This document shows, piece by piece, positions 27,115 to 36,407 of a DNA stretch of 63,845 bases. The position numbers and the translations under genes were made by a program. The DNA is taken from assembly GCA_002069855.1 (NCBI GenBank), contig MWCF01000114.1, positions 1-63,845 of the forward strand. The letters are read 5' to 3'. The notes under the pieces are model-generated. The model worked only from the letters and a program-made list of their open reading frames with translations, was not told the DNA's origin and ran no database searches. Within the stretch, counting starts at the first letter, position 1; each line of letters opens with the position of its first letter. This stretch comes from Elusimicrobia bacterium ADurb.Bin231 (GTDB taxonomy: Bacteria; Elusimicrobiota; UBA8919; MWCF01).

Positions 27115-27987
27115 ATGAATACATTCAAAACATTTCTGCTTATGTTGGCGATGATGCTTTTATTCGTCTTTGTCGGCGGTGCGATAGGCGGAAGACAGGG
27201 GATGATTTTTGCCTTTATATTTGCTTCTTTTTCCAATTTTTTGATGTATTGGTTTTCCGATAAGATAGTGCTTGCTATGTACGGTGCCAAACCTGTTTCG
27301 GAGCAGGAATTCCCTGAAATTTATAAAATAGTAAGGAATCTTACTGTTTGTTCGCAATTACCTATGCCTAAAATTTATATACTTTCTTTGGACACTCCAA
27401 ACGCTTTTGCCACTGGAAGAAATCCTTCTCATGCAGCGGTGGCAGTTACAAGGGGAATTCTTGAGATTCTCGATGAAAAAGAATTGACAGGTGTTATAGC
27501 GCATGAACTTTCACATATAAAACATAGGGATATACTCATAAGTACGCTTGTGGCTACTATGGCGGGCGCTGTGTATATGCTCTCGCGAATGGCGCAGGCC
27601 GCGGCTATTTTCGGTACGGGTTCTCGCGGAGACAGGGAGGGCAGAAACGGCAACGCTATAGGGTTATTGGCTACTGCTATAATCGCTCCCATTGCCGCTC
27701 TTTTGATTCAGATGGCTATTTCTCGTTCACGTGAATACGCAGCTGATGAAGGAGCCGCGAATATGTGCGGACATGCTCAATCTCTTGCTTCAGCTTTAAG
27801 AAAACTTGAAAATTACTCAAAACGAATTCGTTCGAATGTGTCGCCGGCCACGGCACATATGTTTATAGTAAATCCGTTAAGCGGTTCATCTATGCTTAAA
27901 TTGTTTTCTACTCATCCTCCTGTTGAGGAACGCATTAAACGGCTTGACGCTATTGCCGCGAAAACATATCCGAAAGTAATTTATTGA
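27115..27987 (+). CDS. htpX: zinc metalloprotease HtpX (M48)
   Basis: '[10 protein letters not shown]' (HExxH) and 'EYAADEGAA'. ATG 27115 follows GAGGAGGAGG; the ORF track starts at 27094. Confidence 0.9.
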   Translation: MNTFKTFLLMLAMMLLFVFVGGAIGGRQGMIFAFIFASFSNFLMYWFSDKIVLAMYGAKPVSEQEFPEIYKIVRNLTVCSQLPMPKIYILSLDTPNAFATGRNPSHAAVAVTRGILEILDEKELTGVIAHELSHIKHRDILISTLVATMAGAVYMLSRMAQAAAIFGTGSRGDREGRNGNAIGLLATAIIAPIAALLIQMAISRSREYAADEGAANMCGHAQSLASALRKLENYSKRIRSNVSPATAHMFIVNPLSGSSMLKLFSTHPPVEERIKRLDAIAAKTYPKVIY

Positions 27988-28745
27988 AAAATGGGAAGTT
28001 AGATATTCGGAGTTTTATTTTGAAAAAAATATTTGAATGGCTGTTATGGTTTGTCATATTAAGTATATTCGGATTTTTAGGATTTAATCGTTTAATAAAT
28101 GCTCTTGTGCATCATAAAAAAGAGGTGCAAGTGCCGAATTTAACAGGTAAAAGCATAGTTGACGCTTTGCACATTAGTTCAACGATGAATCTGTATATAC
28201 AAAAAGCAGGCGAGGATTTTAATCCTTTGATACCTGCCGGAATGATAATATCCCAGATGCCGCTTCCGGGAAGTGTTGTGAAAGAAGGCAAAGTTATAAA
28301 AGTTGTAATATCCGCAGGCGGAGAGGTTGTTTATGTTCCGAAAGTTATCGGAGAAACAGTGCGTTCAGCGCAGCTGATATTGAGAAAAGAAGGGCTTGAT
28401 TTGGGCGAACAAACTCAAAAATATTCTTCGGATTTCGGCAAAGGTAGAGTAATCGCCCAGTACCCGGTTCCCAACAGGTCGTTTCCGAGAGGCGGTATGG
28501 TCAATATAATAGTTTCGCTCGGCAATGTGCCACAGGATAAGATTTTGGTGCCGGATTTTACCGGGAGAAGCATAGTTGAAGCCGAGGAATGGGCTTTTAC
28601 ATACGGTATAAGCATTAGCAGTGTAGGCAAAGTAAACGATTCCCATCTGTCTGTCAATAGTATTGTAAGGCAGGTTCCTGATTGGGGTTCTGCGATAGAT
28701 AAAACCGGTTGCGTGGAATTATGGATTTCCGCGCCTGAGGAGTAA
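27984..28745 (+). CDS. membrane-anchored PASTA-domain protein (three PASTA repeats, no kinase or PBP domain)
   Basis: One N-terminal TM segment followed by three repeats starting '[13 protein letters not shown]', '[16 protein letters not shown]' and '[16 protein letters not shown]'. TTG start overlaps the htpX stop; TTG 28020 is an alternative. Confidence 0.75.
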   Translation: MKNGKLDIRSFILKKIFEWLLWFVILSIFGFLGFNRLINALVHHKKEVQVPNLTGKSIVDALHISSTMNLYIQKAGEDFNPLIPAGMIISQMPLPGSVVKEGKVIKVVISAGGEVVYVPKVIGETVRSAQLILRKEGLDLGEQTQKYSSDFGKGRVIAQYPVPNRSFPRGGMVNIIVSLGNVPQDKILVPDFTGRSIVEAEEWAFTYGISISSVGKVNDSHLSVNSIVRQVPDWGSAIDKTGCVELWISAPEE

Positions 28746-28748
28746 AGT

Positions 28749-29393
28749 ATGGAGATAGCGCCGTCTATTCTTTCCGCGGATTTCGCTAATCTGGCAAAAG
28801 ATATAAAGCAATGCGAACTCGCGAAAGTTAAAATATTGCATATAGATGTTATGGACGGGAATTTTGTGCCTAACATTACCATAGGACCGGTTGTGATAAG
28901 TGCTATAAGACGGCAAAGCAAACTGATTTTCGATACGCATCTTATGATAAATTCTCCGGATAAATATGTAGAGGCATTCGTTAAAGCCGGCAGCGACTGG
29001 ATAACTTTTCACATAGAGGCGGTTAAGAATCCGTTTTCCCTGATAAAAAAAATAAGAAGTTTGGGCGCTAAACCGGGAATATCCATAAATCCGTTTACTT
29101 CGCTTCGTAAGATCAGCAGATATCTTGATATGGTTGATCTTGTGCTTGTTATGTCTGTGAATCCCGGATTCGGCGGACAAAAGTTCATATCAGATGTTTT
29201 GCCGAAAATTGAAACATTGAAAAAAGAAAAAAGAAATTTTAAGATTAGTGTTGACGGAGGAATAAATTTTGATACAATATCTGCTGTGGCCGCAGCTGGC
29301 GCTGATATCGCAGTGGCTGGCAATGCTGTTTTCGGGAATTGCGGGAACATAGTAAAAAATATTAAAAAGTTGTATGAATTTTCAAAAATATAG
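28749..29393 (+). CDS. rpe: ribulose-phosphate 3-epimerase
   Basis: 'IAPSILSADFANL', 'HIDVMDGNFVPN', 'MSVNPGFGGQKF' and 'VDGGIN'. Confidence 0.9.
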   Translation: MEIAPSILSADFANLAKDIKQCELAKVKILHIDVMDGNFVPNITIGPVVISAIRRQSKLIFDTHLMINSPDKYVEAFVKAGSDWITFHIEAVKNPFSLIKKIRSLGAKPGISINPFTSLRKISRYLDMVDLVLVMSVNPGFGGQKFISDVLPKIETLKKEKRNFKISVDGGINFDTISAVAAAGADIAVAGNAVFGNCGNIVKNIKKLYEFSKI

Positions 29394-29406
29394 GTAAGGA
29401 GGAGTA

Positions 29407-29658
29407 ATGGCTGTAGCAATAAGATTGAGAAGAATGGGAAAAAAACTTAATCCGTTTTACAGGATAGTTGCTATTGATTCGTCAAGGCGTTCCAAAGGCA
29501 AACCTCTGGAAGAATTGGGTTATTATAATCCAAAGATAAAAAAGCAGCTTTCAATTAACAAAGAACGCGTTGATTACTGGATTAAAAACGGCGCGCTTGT
29601 TTCCGAAACAGTTAACGGTTTGCTGAAAAAAGAAAAACATTCAGTTGAAAGTGTGTAA
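29407..29658 (+). CDS. rpsP: 30S ribosomal protein S16
   Basis: 'MAVAIRLRRMGKKLNPFYRIVAIDSSRRSKGKPLEELGYYNP'. Confidence 0.95.
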   Translation: MAVAIRLRRMGKKLNPFYRIVAIDSSRRSKGKPLEELGYYNPKIKKQLSINKERVDYWIKNGALVSETVNGLLKKEKHSVESV

Positions 29659-29688
29659 CGATTGCGACTTAATCTGGGGATTTAACAG

Positions 29689-29919
29689 ATGAAAGATATG
29701 ATTGAATTTGTTGTAAAATCGCTTGTTGATAAGCCCGAGTGTGTAAATGTGCTTCCTGTTGAAACCGGTTCTGTAAAAGTTTTCAAGATAGAAGTGGATA
29801 TTTCAGATAAAGGAAGAGTTATCGGCAAACAAGGCAGGATTATAAAGGCCCTGCGCCAACTCGTATCCGCCTCTTCGGTGAAAAAAGGCGAAAGGTGCCG
29901 TGTGGAAGTTGTATCTTAA
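29689..29919 (+). CDS. KH domain RNA-binding protein (YlqC/UPF0109-like)
   Basis: 'IEFVVKSLVDKPE...DKGRVIGKQGRIIKALR' with a GxxG KH motif, between rpsP and trmD. Confidence 0.8.
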   Translation: MKDMIEFVVKSLVDKPECVNVLPVETGSVKVFKIEVDISDKGRVIGKQGRIIKALRQLVSASSVKKGERCRVEVVS

Positions 29920-29921
29920 CA

Positions 29922-30614
29922 ATGCGAATAGACATCCTGACACTTTTTCCGAAACTTTTTGAATCTGTGTTTTCGGAAAGTATGATGAAACGCGCAGCGG
30001 AGCGCGATAGTGTTAAAATCAATATACTGAATATAAGGAATTTCGCAGCCGGAAAACATAAAATAACAGATGATAAGCCGTACGGCGGCGGTGCCGGAAT
30101 GATAATGATGGCGCAGCCTTTGGTTGCCGCGATTAAATCGGCAAAATCTGCGTGTAGAACAAAGAAAAAGCGCGTAATTTTGCTTTCTCCGCAAGGAAAT
30201 TTGTTCAATCAGGAAAAGGCGAAAGAACTTTCAGGACTTAAACAGATTGTTCTAATCTGCGGTCATTACGGCGGTGTGGACGAACGGGTATTGAAATACG
30301 TTGATGAAGAGATATCAATAGGGGATTATGTGCTTACCGGCGGAGAGATTCCCGCCATGGTTGTCAGCGACACTGTTGTTCGTCTTATTCCGGGCGTGGT
30401 TGGTAAAACGGATTCAATAACGCAGGATTCATTGTGGGACGGAATGTTGACTTTTCCGGCGTACACGCGTCCGAGAAATTTCAAGGGCATGCGCGTTCCC
30501 AAAGTGTTGTTGTCGGGCAATCATGCTGAGATAGAAAAATGGCGAAGAAAAAAACAATTGGATAATACATTAAAAAAAAGACCTGATCTTATTAGGAAGG
30601 GAGAAAAACAATGA
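29922..30614 (+). CDS. trmD: tRNA (guanine37-N1)-methyltransferase
   Basis: 'MRIDILTLFP', 'DDKPYGGGAGM', 'CGHYGGVDERV' and 'SIGDYVLTGGE'. The ORF track starts at 29895. Confidence 0.9.
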   Translation: MRIDILTLFPKLFESVFSESMMKRAAERDSVKINILNIRNFAAGKHKITDDKPYGGGAGMIMMAQPLVAAIKSAKSACRTKKKRVILLSPQGNLFNQEKAKELSGLKQIVLICGHYGGVDERVLKYVDEEISIGDYVLTGGEIPAMVVSDTVVRLIPGVVGKTDSITQDSLWDGMLTFPAYTRPRNFKGMRVPKVLLSGNHAEIEKWRRKKQLDNTLKKRPDLIRKGEKQ

Positions 30615-31000
30615 GTAATTTAATCGACTTGGTAGAAGAAGGACAGCTGAAGAAAAACAAAACTGAATTAAAACCCGGCGATCTTGTTAAAGTATTTTAC
30701 AAGATTATAGAAGGAGATTCGGAAAGATTACAGGCATTTGAAGGGCATGTTCTTAGGATAAAAGGCAGAGGCGTAGGCGAAACCATTACAGTAAGAAAAA
30801 TATCCTTCGGAGTCGGAGTTGAAAGGATATTCCTCTCTAATTCTCCGAGAATAGAAAGAATAGAAATTCTGAAACACGCCAGAGTGAGAAGAAGCCGTCT
30901 GTATTATTTAAGGAATCTTTCAGGGAAATCCGCCAGATTAAAAGAAATCGGCGCAAATGTTAAATCTTCTTCTGGCACGGCGCAGACTTCAGCGTCATAA
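30611..31000 (+). CDS. rplS: 50S ribosomal protein L19
   Basis: 'KPGDLVKVFYKIIEGDSERLQAFEGHVL...ITVRK' with ATGA coupling to trmD. Confidence 0.9.
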   Translation: MSNLIDLVEEGQLKKNKTELKPGDLVKVFYKIIEGDSERLQAFEGHVLRIKGRGVGETITVRKISFGVGVERIFLSNSPRIERIEILKHARVRRSRLYYLRNLSGKSARLKEIGANVKSSSGTAQTSAS

Positions 31001-31030
31001 AGTTAGTTATCGATTTTTCGCGTAGGAGTT

Positions 31031-31654
31031 ATGAAAACATCGGATGCATTGTATCGCTTTGACGAGAACATCTGTCCGACAGGATATATCGCAGGCGTGG
31101 ACGAGGCTGGTCGCGGCCCTCTTGCAGGGCCCGTGGTTTCCGCTGCTGTTATTCTTCGTCCCGGGACGAGAATACGCGGATTGAACGATTCCAAAAAACT
31201 CAGTCCATCTATCAGGAAAAAGATTTACGATACAATAGTCTCTTCCGCCCTTGATGTAAAATTCGATATAGTGGAGAATTCAGTAATAGACAGCATTAAC
31301 ATTCTCCGCGCCACTCTGCTTTCTATGAAGAATGCCGTTGAGCAATTGGTTGTGAAACCCTCTATTGTGCTTATTGACGGCAACAAATCCATAAAAACAA
31401 ATTTCAAACAAAAAATTGTGATCAAAGGAGACGGGCTGAGCGCCGCTATAGCCGCGGCATCTGTAATAGCCAAGGTTACACGTGATATCATAATGGAAAA
31501 ATATGACAAGGAATTTCCGCAGTACGGGTTTGCCTGTCATAAAGGTTACGGAACAGCCAAACATATAGAATCTCTTTCTATTTACGGGCCGTGCAGGATA
31601 CATAGAATGAGTTTCAGGCCTGTTATGGATTACCGTTCTGCCGCAGATTCCTGA
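31031..31654 (+). CDS. rnhB: ribonuclease HII
   Basis: 'GVDEAGRGPLAGPVV', 'DSKKLS', 'LIDGN' and 'KGDGLSAAIAAASVIAKVTRD'. Confidence 0.9.
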   Translation: MKTSDALYRFDENICPTGYIAGVDEAGRGPLAGPVVSAAVILRPGTRIRGLNDSKKLSPSIRKKIYDTIVSSALDVKFDIVENSVIDSINILRATLLSMKNAVEQLVVKPSIVLIDGNKSIKTNFKQKIVIKGDGLSAAIAAASVIAKVTRDIIMEKYDKEFPQYGFACHKGYGTAKHIESLSIYGPCRIHRMSFRPVMDYRSAADS

Positions 31655-31666
31655 GAAAAAATTTGA

Positions 31667-32029
31667 ATGAAAAAATCTTGCAATCTTGGAAGCGCCGGCG
31701 AATCTTTGGCTGCGGATTATCTTAGAAAAAACGGATACGAAATTCTTGAAAAGAATTTTAGAACCAGATTCGGGGAGATTGATATAATTGCCAAATACGG
31801 CGATACATATGTTTTTGTCGAAGTGAAAACAAGAAAAGGGAATGACTGTTACGGTGTCCCTCAACTCGCCGTGAATTTCAGCAAACAAAAACATCTTACT
31901 CTTGCGGCGCTGACGTATATAAAAAAAGAAGCGCTTAAATCCGATTATAGATTTGACGTCATAGCAATACTGAATAATAAGATAGAACATATACAAAACG
32001 CCTTTTCTCCGGAAGGATATACTTTATAA
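31667..32029 (+). CDS. YraN family endonuclease (UPF0102)
   Basis: '[46 protein letters not shown]'. Confidence 0.8.
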   Translation: MKKSCNLGSAGESLAADYLRKNGYEILEKNFRTRFGEIDIIAKYGDTYVFVEVKTRKGNDCYGVPQLAVNFSKQKHLTLAALTYIKKEALKSDYRFDVIAILNNKIEHIQNAFSPEGYTL

Positions 32030-32045
32030 GAGAGGTGTCTGGGTT

Positions 32046-33575
32046 ATGCTTGCTAAAGTTTATTCCGCCCTTGTTTACGGTATTCACGGCCATATAGTTA
32101 CTGTAGAAGTCGATGTCTCAAGCGGGTTCCCTTCTTTTTCCATTGTAGGCCTTCCTGACACAGCGATAAAAGAATCCAGAGACAGAGTTGTGGCAGCCAT
32201 AAAGAATTCCGGATTTGATTTCCCAACCAAAAAGGTTACAGTTAATCTTGCTCCTGCGGGACTGAAAAAAGAAGGAGCGATTTTCGACCTCCCGATTGCC
32301 GTTGGGATTTTGCTTGCCACAGAACAGATAAAACGCCTGACGAATTCCAAATATTGTCTTGTCGGAGAACTTTCTCTCGACGGCTCGATAAAAAAGGTCA
32401 AAGGCGTGTTGCCTATATCAATTAAATTATGCAAAGAACACTTTGACGGGATAATAGTTCCGGAAGAGAATAAACAGGAAGCCGCTATAGTTGACAGGTT
32501 GAATGTGTATCCAGCCGCAGATTTGAAATTCGCTATACAAAGGTTTACAGACGAAGTTTCCTGTGAACCTTTCAAGATAGATTTGATGAAATTATTTACG
32601 AATTCCTCAAATTATGATATGGATTTCAAAGATGTGAAGGGCCAGGCATTTGTAAAAAGAGCAGTTGAAATCGCCTGCGCTGGTTCGCACAACATACTTC
32701 TTATAGGATCCCCAGGCAGCGGCAAAACCATGCTGGCAAAAAGAATATCCACAGTTTTGCCGAATATGTCTTTAGACGAGGCAATAGAAACAACAAAGAT
32801 ACATTCCATAGCCGGATTAACTTCTTCAGATACCGCTTTAATAGCAACAAGGCCTTTTAGAAATCCGCATCATACTATTTCTGATGTCGCTCTTATCGGC
32901 GGCGGAGCGTATCCCCGTCCCGGAGAGGTGTCTCTTTCTCATAACGGCGTATTATTTCTCGACGAACTTCCCGAATTCCATAGAAACGTTCTTGAGGTTT
33001 TAAGGCAGCCTCTTGAAGACGGAGTTGTTACTATTTCTCGCGCAGCTTTATCTCTTACATATCCCGCAAGATTTATGCTTGTGGCTGCTATGAACCCGTG
33101 TCCGTGCGGATATTACGGGCATCCCACACGGGAGTGCAGTTGTACTCCTTTTGAAATTCAAAAATATATTTCCAAAATTTCAGGTCCTCTTATGGACAGG
33201 ATAGATTTGCATATAAATGTTCCTGCTGTTAAATTCGAGGAACTTACTTCAGGCGTGTCTCCAGAATCTTCTTTAGACATTAGAAAAAGGGTTTCCCGTG
33301 CCCGTGAGATTCAAAAAAACAGATTCTGCGGAGAAAAACATATTTATGCCAACGCGCATATGGGTTCCAGGCACATAAAAAAATACTGCGATATAAACCC
33401 CGCCGGCAAAATGCTGTTAAAACACGCGATGGAAAAACTGGGGTTTTCGGCACGCGCTCACGACAGAATTCTTAAAGTCGCGCGCACTATCGCGGATATT
33501 TCCGGCGAAGGGGATATTCAAACAAGTCATATCGCCGAAGCGATACAGTATCGTTCTTTAGACCGGAATATTTAA
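32046..33575 (+). CDS. YifB/ComM family Mg-chelatase-like AAA+ ATPase
   Basis: Lon-protease-like N-terminal domain, '[14 protein letters not shown]', '[11 protein letters not shown]' and '[15 protein letters not shown]'. Confidence 0.9.
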   Translation: MLAKVYSALVYGIHGHIVTVEVDVSSGFPSFSIVGLPDTAIKESRDRVVAAIKNSGFDFPTKKVTVNLAPAGLKKEGAIFDLPIAVGILLATEQIKRLTNSKYCLVGELSLDGSIKKVKGVLPISIKLCKEHFDGIIVPEENKQEAAIVDRLNVYPAADLKFAIQRFTDEVSCEPFKIDLMKLFTNSSNYDMDFKDVKGQAFVKRAVEIACAGSHNILLIGSPGSGKTMLAKRISTVLPNMSLDEAIETTKIHSIAGLTSSDTALIATRPFRNPHHTISDVALIGGGAYPRPGEVSLSHNGVLFLDELPEFHRNVLEVLRQPLEDGVVTISRAALSLTYPARFMLVAAMNPCPCGYYGHPTRECSCTPFEIQKYISKISGPLMDRIDLHINVPAVKFEELTSGVSPESSLDIRKRVSRAREIQKNRFCGEKHIYANAHMGSRHIKKYCDINPAGKMLLKHAMEKLGFSARAHDRILKVARTIADISGEGDIQTSHIAEAIQYRSLDRNI

Positions 33576-33597
33576 TTAAGTAGGGAGGAGGTAATAC

Positions 33598-33966
33598 ATG
33601 AATTTATTTAAAAATGCTTCTGCATTTGCTGCCGCGTTAATATTCTTGTGTTCCGTTTCTTTTGTCGGCTGCGGCAAAAGCGAGTTTAAAAAATGGAAGC
33701 AGCAGGGGATGTCTGCAGAAACATCTGAAGAGCAAATAGAATGTTTTACCAATGCCTTGGACAGCTGGACGGAAAAGGATGGCAACAGAGATAAGGCGAT
33801 AGTTTATACCAAAAGGGGCAATGCTTATGCTGATATGGGGCATTTCGGAATGGCTTTGGGAGATTATACCACTGCTATCGCGATAGATCCTCGTTGCTCG
33901 GAAGCGTATAGCAAAAAAGCAAGTCTCGACGGCACCATAAGTAATCTTTCCACGAGCCAAGACTAA
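33598..33966 (+). CDS. short TPR-repeat lipoprotein (possibly a truncated remnant)
   Basis: Lipobox 'SFVGC'. One to two TPR units ('YTKRGNAYADMGHFGMALGDYTTAIAIDP'). The ORF ends soon after a TPR start. Confidence 0.55.
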   Translation: MNLFKNASAFAAALIFLCSVSFVGCGKSEFKKWKQQGMSAETSEEQIECFTNALDSWTEKDGNRDKAIVYTKRGNAYADMGHFGMALGDYTTAIAIDPRCSEAYSKKASLDGTISNLSTSQD

Positions 33967-34191
33967 TATGTTGTTAATCTTTAGCTAAGAGTCTGTCTTT
34001 TACCAGCCTACGCTTTGAAAGCCACGAGCTTCATTCCTTGCAGTAGATTGCTACGGATACCGGGCATGCGGGCAGAGTTTCACTGCTTGCCATCTTACTA
34101 AAACTATAAATTGGTACCGTGCGCATAAGCGCGGCAGGATTTTTGATTTGTTAAAATAATCTTAATAAACTCAAACAATATAAATTTAGAT

Positions 34192-34219
34192 TTGAAGTTT
34201 TTGAAAAAGTTTATATAAT
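34192..34219 (+). promoter_or_regulatory. sigma70-like promoter upstream of pal
   Basis: TTGAAG (34192-34197), 16 nt spacer, TATAAT (34214-34219). The pal ATG at 34283 has an AGGAGG SD. Confidence 0.4.
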
Positions 34220-34282
34220 ATAAATAATAAATGTTTGTTTTTCGCAAAATTTCTGCATTTTATAAATTAGGAGGTCTTAAAT

Positions 34283-34852
34283 ATGGTTTACAATAAAAAT
34301 ATAAATTTGGTTTTTGTTGCTATTATGATTTTTCTTGTTGCTGGTTGCGCGAAGAAACCTGTTGTCAAACCCGAACCTGTGCAGGAACCTGTTGCAGTCG
34401 CTCCTCAGGTAGAGATAAGCACATCTGTGCCTGCGCTGACTGAACAGGAGCCGGAAGATTCTCTTATGGTTGAAGAACCGACTTTAAGAGGCAAGGAATA
34501 TTTGCCGGTGCCGGAGCTTAAAACGATTTATTTCGGTTATGACGACGACAAACTTAGTAAATCCGAACGTAGTTCTTTATCGCAAAATGCCGAGTGGCTT
34601 AAGAATAATCCGGATATGGAGATTATTATAGAAGGGCACTGCGACGAGCGAGGCACTGTGGAATATAATCTCGCCCTGGGGGATCGCCGCGCTAAAGCAG
34701 TTAGAAAATATCTTATGTATTTGGGGATAAGCGGTTCCCGTATAGCGACTATTTCGTATGGGGAAGAAAAACCTGTGGAATTCGGGCATGACGAAACCGC
34801 ATGGTCAAAAAACCGCCGCGCTGAAATTTTAGCAAGACAGACAGAAGAATAG
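34283..34852 (+). CDS. pal: peptidoglycan-associated lipoprotein Pal (OmpA-C family)
   Basis: Lipobox 'LVAGC'. 'IYFGYDDDKLS', 'IEGHCDERGTVEYNLALGDRRA' and 'SYGEEKP' are OmpA-like peptidoglycan-binding motifs. Confidence 0.85.
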   Translation: MVYNKNINLVFVAIMIFLVAGCAKKPVVKPEPVQEPVAVAPQVEISTSVPALTEQEPEDSLMVEEPTLRGKEYLPVPELKTIYFGYDDDKLSKSERSSLSQNAEWLKNNPDMEIIIEGHCDERGTVEYNLALGDRRAKAVRKYLMYLGISGSRIATISYGEEKPVEFGHDETAWSKNRRAEILARQTEE

Positions 34853-34865
34853 GAATATAATAACT

Positions 34866-35729
34866 ATGACAGGGATTAAAAATTATTTATATTTTATCTT
34901 TTTGCTGTGTATATCTATTAATCTGACCGGATGCCTTGCGACAAAAAAGGATATGATTGCCCTGCAAGAAGAAATAGCGAAGCTTAATTTATCCATACTT
35001 AACATCAAAGGTCAACTTGAAAATGTCGAAAAACAATTTTTTACGAAACAGGCGGGACTTGCCGCGGAAATCAGCAGTGTTCAACGAAATCAGGCGGATC
35101 TGTCCGTAGGTATGGAAGAACTTAACTGGAATATACGTTCTTTAAATTTACGGGTTGACGCTACCAATGAAAAATTTCAGGTTTTTGGAAGAAAATTAGA
35201 CGACAACAGCGCGGATTTTACCAATAAACTTTCCATATTTTCCGAAAAGTTTACCAGAAAAATGGAGGAAATGAAACCTACGCCCACACAATTGTATGGC
35301 GCTGCGTACACGGATTATACCACCAAAAATTATGATCTTGCGATTGAAGGTTTTAAAGAATACCTTGCGGAATATTCTACCGGCATGCTGGCTCCGAATG
35401 CGCAATACTGGATGAGTATTTGTTATTATGAAAAGGGGGATATGAAATCCGCTTTGGAACAATTAGATGAATTTATGCATAAGTTTCTGGAATCTCCTTT
35501 AATGAAATCCGTAATGTTTAAAAAAGCAGGGATACTTGTTGAAACAGGAGAAAAAGAACTTGCTTTGCCCATATATGAAAATATTGTAAAAGATTATCCG
35601 GGAACCCCGGAAGCAAGCCAGGCAGCCGAATTTCTGCCCAAACCGGAACCGGCAGCCGAACCTGAACCTAAAAAGGTTTCACCGCAAGCGCAACCCAAAC
35701 AGCCCAAACGGCAGGCTCCACAAAAATGA
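34866..35729 (+). CDS. cpoB: Tol-Pal system protein CpoB/YbgF-like (coiled coil + TPR)
   Basis: Lipobox-like 'LTGC', a long heptad-rich N-terminal region, and C-terminal 'YTDYTTKNYDLAIEGFKEYLAEY...APNAQYWMSICYY' YbgF-type TPRs. Pro/Glu-rich tail. Confidence 0.7.
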   Translation: MTGIKNYLYFIFLLCISINLTGCLATKKDMIALQEEIAKLNLSILNIKGQLENVEKQFFTKQAGLAAEISSVQRNQADLSVGMEELNWNIRSLNLRVDATNEKFQVFGRKLDDNSADFTNKLSIFSEKFTRKMEEMKPTPTQLYGAAYTDYTTKNYDLAIEGFKEYLAEYSTGMLAPNAQYWMSICYYEKGDMKSALEQLDEFMHKFLESPLMKSVMFKKAGILVETGEKELALPIYENIVKDYPGTPEASQAAEFLPKPEPAAEPEPKKVSPQAQPKQPKRQAPQK

Positions 35730-36406
35730 CGGATTTGAAAACAGGATTTTTATTATCTTTTTGTCTGCATTTTCTTCTTGCTTTTATCTTTTCAATAAAT
35801 TATTATCCGGCAAAAAAAATACATTATATCCCGATACAGTTGATAAGTTATAAAGCGCCAGAGCCGGCGTCTAAGGATATTATTTCTCCTTCTCAATCCG
35901 CAAAAAAGGTTGTAAAAAAAGAGAGCGTAGAGCCGCAGCAGAAACCTGCGAAACAGGAAAAGAAAATCCCCGCGGTTTCCCGTCCGGAAACTTCTCCTCA
36001 AAAGTTGGTAAAAAAAATAGAACCTGAAAAGGTAACAGGCCATACTGAACCTATAACGAAAAAAAAAGAGATCGTGTCTTCATGCCCTTCCGGTATGGGC
36101 ATCTCTTTGGAAAATCAGGATTTCCCGTATTCCGGATATGTCAATATGCTTAGAAACAAGGTAGCGGATAAGTGGTCGCCGGCTGCCAACGCTTATGCCG
36201 GAAGCAGAAAAGTGCTTGTTTATTTCAGGATATTAAGAGACGGGTCCGTGCGGGAGATATTAGTTAAAGAAACATCCGGTGTATCCTATATAGACAGATC
36301 CGCTGTAAGAGCGATAAAAAATTCTTCTCCGTTTCCGCCGTTGCCAGCCGGTTTTGTAGAAGATAAATTAGGCGTATATTTTATGTTTGAACTTGCTGGA
36401 GGATAA
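35726..36406 (+). CDS. TolA/TonB-family protein (TonB_C-type C-terminal domain)
   Basis: N-terminal TM segment, a Lys/Pro/Glu-rich linker, and C-terminal 'VLVYFRILRDGSVREILVKETSGVSYIDRSAVRAIKNSSPFPPLP'. ATGA overlap with cpoB. Confidence 0.65.
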   Translation: MTDLKTGFLLSFCLHFLLAFIFSINYYPAKKIHYIPIQLISYKAPEPASKDIISPSQSAKKVVKKESVEPQQKPAKQEKKIPAVSRPETSPQKLVKKIEPEKVTGHTEPITKKKEIVSSCPSGMGISLENQDFPYSGYVNMLRNKVADKWSPAANAYAGSRKVLVYFRILRDGSVREILVKETSGVSYIDRSAVRAIKNSSPFPPLPAGFVEDKLGVYFMFELAGG

Positions 36407-36407
36407 A

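Noticed and set aside
31280-31996. A 238-aa ORF on the minus strand spanning rnhB, the intergenic gap and yraN. This is unusually long for an antisense frame in AT-rich DNA.
   Set aside because: It lies entirely antisense to two genes with unmistakable family motifs. Its product is F/C/H/R-rich and lacks protein-like features. It has no SD or promoter that I could see. I treat it as a shadow ORF.
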